From Octopus vulgaris (lineage: Eukaryota), in NCBI GenBank assembly GCA_951406725.2, contig OX597827.1:47678001-47742000 (forward strand): a stretch of DNA of 64,000 nt. The letters run 5' to 3'. The position numbers and the translations under genes are program-made. The notes under the pieces are model-generated. The model made no database searches, was not told the origin of the DNA, and saw only the letters and a list, made by a program, of their open reading frames with translations. The stretch's first letter is position 1. The number at the start of each line of letters is the position of its first letter. Positions 56,363 to 64,000 of the stretch are shown in pieces.

Positions 56363-56413
56363 GTCTATCTATCTATCTGTGTATTTATCCATCTATCTAT
56401 TCATCTGTCTATC

Positions 56414-56450
<37 letters not shown>

Positions 56451-56478
56451 GTGTGTGTGTGTGCGTGTGTGTGTGTGC

Positions 56479-56537
<59 letters not shown>

Positions 56538-57004
56538 AAATGTTCGTAAACTGCAGCAGGATCTATAATAAATATTATGCCACATCTTATTTGTATAGCT
56601 ACAATTCATAATATAGGATGGAAAAGGTGACAGACAAAATGAAAGGGAGGGAGGGAGAGAGAGATGGGGAGTGAGAGAGAGAAAAAGCAGGAGTAAGAGA
56701 GTATGGTGGAGAGAGGAAAAGCGGTCTTGAGGACAGATCGTTGTCATTATTTGTCTGTAAGTTTGGTGTTGCAGTAGAGACAGAGATATGAGTAAGAAAT
56801 ATTGGAAAGCCAGATTAAGAGAGAGAGTATGAGTAATCGATAGAAGGAGAGGTAGATGGATGTAGATAAATTTGTAAACAAATAGACAGGCACATTTAGC
56901 AAGTCATATATTTATGTATACAAATTATATTATATACTATATATATACATACATATATACATATATATATGTGTGTGTATATACATGTATATATATCTAA
57001 ATAT

Positions 57005-57070
<66 letters not shown>

Positions 57071-57135
57071 AATATATATATATATGTATTTATATATATA
57101 TGTATGCCATAGTGGTACAACTATATTTACTGGAA

Positions 57136-57177
<42 letters not shown>

Positions 57178-57213
57178 ATAAATATATAAAAATACATCCA
57201 TCCATATAATGTG

Positions 57214-57263
<50 letters not shown>

Positions 57264-57810
57264 GGATATGTGTGTGTATACGCACACTCACACAATCATA
57301 CATATTTATACACAACGGAGAAAGTGGTGAGCGAAATGTGTAAGATGTGTCATGTACGTCATCGAAAACATTGGAAAACATAAACAAAAACTGCAAAATG
57401 CCTTATGGGTAAACACAGACTTCTCTTTAATTTACACTGGATGTTCGTGCTGTAGATTTTTGCTATTTCCCTTAATCATATCACGACGTACATGTACAAC
57501 AAAGGACATAAGAAGAAGACGCAGAAATGAAGCTAATTGAATGCACAAAATGTCTACATGATTGACATGCAAAGCTTAGAATCTTAATTTAATATGCTTT
57601 CGTACACGAAAATGTTCGTTGATTTTTCACTTGTTAAATACAATTTTGCATTCATCTATTTTATTGTATTGACAAAATGAAATAATAAAACACAACCAAT
57701 TTATGGAACGACTTTATCAGGAACGAAAAGAACAGGAAAATATAAATAAATGTAATTTAATTCTATTAAGTATTAACAATTAAGCATATTTAAAGCTAAT
57801 TGGTTTATCG

Positions 57811-58080
57811 TTCTTCTTCTTCTTCTTCTTCTTCTTCTTCTTCTTCTTCTTCTTCTTCTTCTTCTTCTTCTTCTTCTTCTTCTTCTTCTTCTTCTTCTTC
57901 CTCTTCGTCTTCTTCTTTTTCTTCTTCCTCTTCTTCTTTTTCTTCTTCTTCTTCTTCTTCTTCTTCTTCTTCTTCTTCTTCTTCTTCTTCCTCTTCGTCT
58001 TCTTCTTTTTCTTCTTCCTCTTCTTCTTTTTCATCTTCTTCTTCTTCTTCTTCTTCTTCTTCTTCTTCTTTTTCTTCTTC
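57811..58080. repeat. (CTT)n array with a higher-order duplication
   Basis: Direct inspection; the ctcttcgtcttcttctttttcttcttcctc block occurs twice. Confidence 0.95.
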
Positions 58081-58644
58081 TGAATCCTTTACGCATGAAA
58101 GAACAGTTAAAGTGCAAACCACTGATTAGGGATACATTCGCGAAGGGAATGAAAACTAAAAAAAACATTTACCATCTAATTCCTGGACCATGGTTTCTGA
58201 CTTATTTTAGTAAATAAAAATTATTATTTACCAGGCAAAGTCGTTATCAACAGGGACGCCATAGATTAAATATATAAACAGCGAGGCCAATCGAGCATGT
58301 GTCTCATTGCTTGTACATTTTAATTTTTTTCAAATCACTGCGCAATCGCAGGTTTTTTTGTTGGTAGCAGGAAGAATGCCGGCAGAGGAAAAAGATGCCT
58401 GGCGTTTGATCACATAATAATATAAATCATATATAAATATAGGCATATATACATACCTACATATATATGTACATACCTACATATATATGTATATATATAC
58501 ATGCATATATGGGTATAGGACATAAAAAGACGTTGAACACAATGAGAAATGAAAACGTAAAAACAAAAACAAAGAAACGAACTTTTTTCAAATAACGAGA
58601 AAGAAATAGGGAAATGCGACACACAACATATAGAATATTCCCCT

Positions 58645-58910
58645 TATTAGCCTCTAACTACAATATTTTAGCCTATAATATAAATATTTTAAGCTATAGT
58701 TAAGATACTTTAGCCTATAGTATAAATATTTTAGCCTATAGTATAAATATTTTAGCCTATAATTTTGATAATTTAACCAATAGCATGGATATTTTAGCCT
58801 ATAGTTCAGAAATTTTAGCCTATAGTTTAGAAGATTTATCCTACAGTAACGATGCTTTAGCTTATAGTTTAGATATGTTATCCTATTTCTAGATGTTTTA
58901 AATCTATTGT
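58645..58910. repeat. ~22-bp minisatellite (approximately tataaatattttagcctatagt), roughly 11 degenerate copies
   Basis: Repeated ttttagcctatag cores at ~22-bp spacing. Confidence 0.8.
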
Positions 58911-59001
58911 AAAAATATACAGATAAATTTCCTCTATTTACATAATATTGAGGTCTCTTTCTTTCTTTTGTTGTCTTACCGTTTTTACCAATATATATAT
59001 A

Positions 59002-59624
59002 TATATAGTAAAGAAAAATAAGTTCGCTAGCAGCGAGCTGTTTTGCCTCATACCGAAGGAATTAGAAATGGCAGTCAAAGACCGTTTTTTCCATTTCTAT
59101 AAGTGGAGATTCCAAAAACGAAGGCCCTTGCGGCTCACATACACAAAACCGGAGTGGCAAATATACGAATTCAGTCACTTACCGTTAATAGCGAACACGG
59201 TGTTTCTGGATCACAAACATATAAAAAATAGGGGAGTTTGAATTCCTTCTTCAGCGCTATATTCGTTAGCTTTATCAAATGCCACCAGCTCTCACTTCTG
59301 ACCCAGCGACATCAGATAGTGGGGGAAGTGCGCAGATGCTAAAACCAAGTAACGACTGGGAACGTAAATTTTCCCTCCAAAATTCTGCCATGCGCGCCTT
59401 CTGGGTAATCGTAATGGAATGAGGAATCCACATGGTAATACAATAAAAATGGTAAATAATTTTCCTGTGGTTTTTCATGTAACCAACAATTATTTACCGG
59501 TAAATTTCGGTATGTAAATACGACAAAATAATTGTCAAGACCTTTGTAAGGTTCAGTATATAGTAAAGAAAAATAAGTTGGCTAGCAGCGAGCTGTTTTG
59601 CCTCATACCGAAGGAATTAGAAAT
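59002..59624 (-). mobile_element. Retrozyme/PLE-like non-coding element: 555-nt unit plus ~67-nt terminal direct repeat
   Basis: tagtaaagaaaaataagtt.gctagcagcgagctgttttgcctcataccgaaggaattagaaat occurs at 59006 and 59561; (TA)n flanks; internal HHR. Confidence 0.8.
59188..59260 (-). ncRNA. Type I hammerhead ribozyme motif
   Basis: Minus strand reads atagcg-CTGAAGA-a-gga att caaac..gtttg tga tcc-a-GAAA-cac c gtg-TT-cgctat; perfect 6-bp stem I; GUU triplet. Confidence 0.75.
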
Positions 59625-59641
59625 ATATACATACATATATT

Positions 59642-59685
<44 letters not shown>

Positions 59686-59891
59686 AATGTCAAGAGTTAA
59701 CAGATTTACTTTGCATTAAGTTTAGGAAAAACGTATACTGAAGTATATTTCATAACCAGTTATGTGTGTATGAGTTCAGCTTTGCCAAATGTTTCAGCCA
59801 TTTCCTTGTGTGAAACTTGAAGGACATGCTGGATAGGATATCGACGCATACATTACATAAATATGTGCATATATAGATACATAATACTACG

Positions 59892-59931
<40 letters not shown>

Positions 59932-60611
59932 TACACATATAATGTGTGCGGATATGTGATTGTATAATTGTATGAATGAGCATTTCTCCAGGGTTCCGTG
60001 AATATAGAAATCTGTCAATATTTTTCTTGATAACGGCGAATTATTTTGCATTCTTGTTTAGGGAAATCCGAAAAAAGTATCGTTATGCACAACAATCAAG
60101 CTGTAATACCTTGTTGTCGTTTGACATTAACGTATAATAGATATGCAAGTGTAATTGCCAGGAGTATGGAAACGACGTATAGCCTTATATCTGAAGAAAT
60201 GCTACCGTTTGTCATTAGGTGTATATATATATCTCGGTGATGCGTTTTATTTCGTTTTTGCTACGGAATTTACATTGAAATGGTAATCTGAACAGAGAAG
60301 TCAACTTCGATTATGCCATAATTGTGGATAAAGATAAATGCTTTCTATAGATCGTGCTCAATTACGAGCAGTTAACAGCTATTTGGAAATGAGTGTCCTA
60401 TCTGCGTTATATTTATAATTCAAATTACAATTTAGCAGAAGCTAATTAGAGCTAATAATTCCTTTTTATTATTTCATTTAGTTTGGTTTTGAGGAAGTGA
60501 CAGTGCTCTAGGCTTTTCAAGACCCTTTTAGACCAATGAAGTTGATTTGGTTAACATCCCCACTGATTCGTTAATATTCGATCGATAAGAAAAAAATAGA
60601 TGCGCCTTTTT

Positions 60612-60818
60612 AAAGCCTAGCTAGGCTCATCGGCCTTTTTTCCCGGTTCCAATGGCGTATGTGTTCCCCAGCCGGACGGAACGCCAGTCCGTCGCGACGT
60701 TACTCAGCAACGTGAAATGTTTTGCGCAAGAACACAACGCGTTGCCCGGTCCAGGAATCGAAATCACAATCTTACAATCAAGATGCTGACACCCTAACCA
60801 GTAAGCCATGCGTCTCCA
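60612..60818 (-). mobile_element. tRNA-derived SINE with V-domain-like core
   Basis: Minus-strand head ggagacgcatggcttactggttaggg..gatttcgattcc and gcgacggactggcgttccgtccggctgggg motif. Confidence 0.6.
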
Positions 60819-60839
60819 TAATATTCGATCAATATACAA

Positions 60840-61065
60840 TAATAAAAGCAACAATTGTTTCAAAATTTGGCACGAGGTAAGCAATTAAAGAGGTGGAATC
60901 TGAGTCGATTGCATTGACATCAGGAATCAAATGATACTGGTTTTATCGACCCGAAAAAGATGGAAACCAACATCTACTGAATTTGAACTCAGCACATAAA
61001 TAGCTGAAATAAAAGCTGCAGAGCATTTTGTCCGGCGTGCTAACGATTCTGCCACCTCATCGCCT
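60840..61065 (-). mobile_element. SINE family 2, diverged
   Basis: ttttatcgacccgaaa...atttgaactcag...cggcgtgctaacgattctgccacctcatcgcc. Confidence 0.65.
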
Positions 61066-61309
61066 TAACAACAATAATAATTGCAATATTTCTTACCTCC
61101 TACTACAGGCACAGGGCCTAGAGATTTGAAGATGCAGGCTAGTAGATGACATCGACCCGAGTTATCATCTGGTTCGTATTTCATCGAATCCGAACGGATG
61201 AAATGAAACAGCACAACAAAAAAGAAATGCCCCTCAGAGTTTTGCCCACGCGCTAAAGATACTACTAGCTCACTAGCATAAACAATAACAACAACAGCAA
61301 CAGACAAAT

Positions 61310-61469
61310 GGATGAAATTACTTGGTCTCTTATGGACAGCAAGGATCATCAAGAGGGTTCTAAGCACTTAAAGGAATACTGAAAACTTGTGGATACCTAA
61401 CGTTACAGGTAGTAAGCCACTACCTACATAATTTCTGTCAGGAATAAGACCGAACCGGAGCCGGAGCAA

Positions 61470-61470
<1 letters not shown>
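61310..61470 (+). mobile_element. R4/Dong-like extreme 3' end followed by (TAA)n
   Basis: LLWTARIIKRVLST* (GTA.IIR.VL-like), then a short UTR and (TAA)n. Confidence 0.55.
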
Positions 61471-61515
<45 letters not shown>

Positions 61516-61522
61516 TTTTCAT

Positions 61523-61894
61523 TCTTTTCTTTTATCTCTTCCATGACTGCAGCCATGCTGGAGCACCGGCTTTAGTCGAGTAAATCGATCCCAGGACTTA
61601 TTCTTCGAAAGCGTAATGCTCATTCTATCGGCCTCTTTTTCCGAAACGCTAAGTTCCGAGGACGTAAACACACCAGCATCGGGGGACAAACACTAACAGA
61701 CACACATACACACCATCGCGCACACATACACACATATATATATATATTCGACGGGCTTCTTTCAGCTTCCATCTACCAAATCCACTCACAAGGCTTTGGT
61801 TGGCCTGTGGCTATAGCAGAATACACTTGTCCAAGGTTCCACGCAGTGGGACTGAAACCGGAACCATGTTGTTAGTAACCAAGCTACCTACCAC
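61523..61894 (-). mobile_element. SINE family 1
   Basis: Homology to the other copies. Confidence 0.88.
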
Positions 61895-62307
61895 AAAGTT
61901 ACTCGACACAACATCTGCAATTTTGAAGCGAGTAACCAAATGGATCCCGAATCCTAAGTGGTACTATATTTCATCCAGCCCGAGGTGGGATTTAAACTCA
62001 GAATGTAAGAGACAAAACGAATGAGGCTAATCCTTTTGTCAGCCAAAGTAAAGATGCTGACATCCCACCGTCTTTACAATTCTTTCCACTATAATTACGA
62101 AGCCTGATATCGACTCCAATGCTCGACTAGTGATTTTTTTATTGACCCCGAAAAGATAAAAGACAAAACCACCTAAGAGTATATTGAACCTAAAACGAAG
62201 CATTTTGTCCGACCTGCTAATGATTCTGTTATTTCGCCGCCTTATCCTTAAAATACAAATTTGACACCGGCGCCATTTGAAATCAAATCCCAAGAAATTG
62301 AAACAAA

Positions 62308-62651
62308 TTTACTCTTTTACTTGTTTCAGTAATTTGACAGTGGCCATACTGGAGCACCATCTTTAGTCGAGCAAATCGACCCCAGGTCTTATTCTTTGTA
62401 AGCCTAGTACTTATTCTATCGGCCACTTTTGCCGAACCGTTAAGTTACGGGGACGGAAACACACCAGCATCGGTTGTCAAGCGATGTTGGGGGTGACAAA
62501 CATAGACACATAAACGCACACATATATACGACAGGCTTCTTTCAGTTTCTGTCTACCAAATCCACTCACAAGGCTTTATTCGGTCCGATGCTATAGTAGA
62601 AGACACTTAGCCAAGTTGCCACGCAAGCTACTTACCACACAGCCACTCCTG
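62308..62651 (-). mobile_element. SINE family 1 (internal head deletion)
   Basis: Homology to the other copies. Confidence 0.88.
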
Positions 62652-64000
62652 TCCGAAAATTTAGTGACTCTACAGATTCATCACTTTGAGAATTTGAGAG
62701 ACTTAATTTTTTCATGGCCTTCAGTAATTTCCAGCTAGTAGAAGCTGGATAATCTTCGTTGTGTTGTCATAACAATAATGAAGGCTTACTTTTATTAGCA
62801 GAGATCCTCAGATATCATAAAGTTTAACATTTGAATGGACGTTAAAAATTCGAATGTGTGATATTGATGTTTATAGATGACCTATAAGTTTGTCTCTAGA
62901 TATGGCGTAAGTTTGTCTCTAGATATGGCGTGATAATAGTCATACATAGACCACCATCTCTTTTCTTCAGTCGGTATATCTATGACTACATTATCCTGAT
63001 GGCTCAGATTCAAGGTAATTAAGTATTATTAAATAAATTAGATGTTGCACCTGTAGCGATGATGATTATTCTGGTGGTTCAGTCAACAGCACGACTTAGT
63101 TATTTTGCTACAGTGTACGTAGGTGACCAATATTCAATCATTTTAGCACTTACCGAAATCGTTAGCTTGACAAGGTCTGCTACAAGTTGGAAGTGTTTCA
63201 AATACTGTTATTATCTTTCTAACAATCTCCATGCAGCTGCTTTCCTCTCATTTTCTCTAATACTATGCTTCTGATTCAATGGCAATAAAGAAATATATCC
63301 AAATATATAGCTTAAATATTCTCTTTATCTGTAGCACCATATAATGTAACCAAGAGCGAAATAAAATATAGATCACTCTGTTTCTGTGTCTATGCACGAC
63401 CTATCAAATATAGTAGCCAAATGCCTCTAAAATCTTTCATCATGCCAATGATAACAAGGGTGTGTTGAAAAATGTTTGTCTTGGATGAACTACGATGGTG
63501 TTAAGGAATGGAAGGGCTTTCATTATAGTAATTCAAGATCAAGTGTAAACTCAGGTGAACCCCCAGAAAATTAAGGAAAGGGTCATCAGATCAAATTTCA
63601 TTGGATTATGAAGTCAAAAGTACATCACTCCTGGAAACAGTAGCCAATTTTACCCTGGTTAAGATTACTTTGATCACATGTTTGTGCAAGCTGAGCCAAT
63701 ATGAAAAAAAACAACAACAACAGCAACAAAAGCATGTAATACTCTGCAGCAGAACAGATACATTCTTGCATTATTTATTTCGTTGTCATTTATATATCCT
63801 ATTTGATATGCAGTAGAACAAACTATTTAACAGCTTGGTGCCATTTGTGACAGGAAAAACTGACAGTTATCGCGGAATAATACTGCTCTCCAGTAATCTA
63901 AATTATGAAGTCCAGTGAAGTTTAAATGCCAGATAGACATAGCCAATTCCATATTAATGTATTCGGTAGGTTATTGTCTATTGTCAGGTTCTTGGGTTTG

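Noticed and set aside
58645-58910. Regularly spaced ~22-bp repeats as a possible CRISPR-like array
   Set aside because: Contiguous degenerate minisatellite without unique spacers, in a eukaryotic context
62885-62931. 23-bp perfect tandem duplication
   Set aside because: Ordinary slippage duplication

Overview
AT-rich, microsatellite-saturated eukaryotic intergenic or intronic DNA with no supportable host protein-coding exon. The repeat content suggests a coleoid cephalopod, most likely Octopus (inference). Nearly all listed ORFs are translations of (TA)n/(TG)n/(TATC)n/(TAA)n/(CTT)n repeats or of SINEs. Recognisable content: at least 12 copies of one tRNA-derived SINE plus other SINE families, a full-length decayed Tc1, several mariner/DD37D/pogo-like relics, a hAT MITE with a perfect 8-bp TSD, and R4/Dong-like LINE fragments in (TAA)n. 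The most interesting signal is a recurring set of short elements embedded in (TA)n tracts. Several carry type I hammerhead ribozyme (HHR) motifs with palindromic stem III, at 261-337, 19515-19556, 31349-31433 and 59188-59260, plus degenerate ones. They show either asymmetric outward-facing inverted 3' ends or, at 59.0-59.6 kb, a 555-nt unit with terminal redundancy resembling a retrozyme or circular-RNA copy. One of them keeps the C-terminus of a GIY-YIG endonuclease, which ties the set to Penelope-like retroelements (PLEs). A ~585-bp local inverted duplication was also templated into a mariner element.
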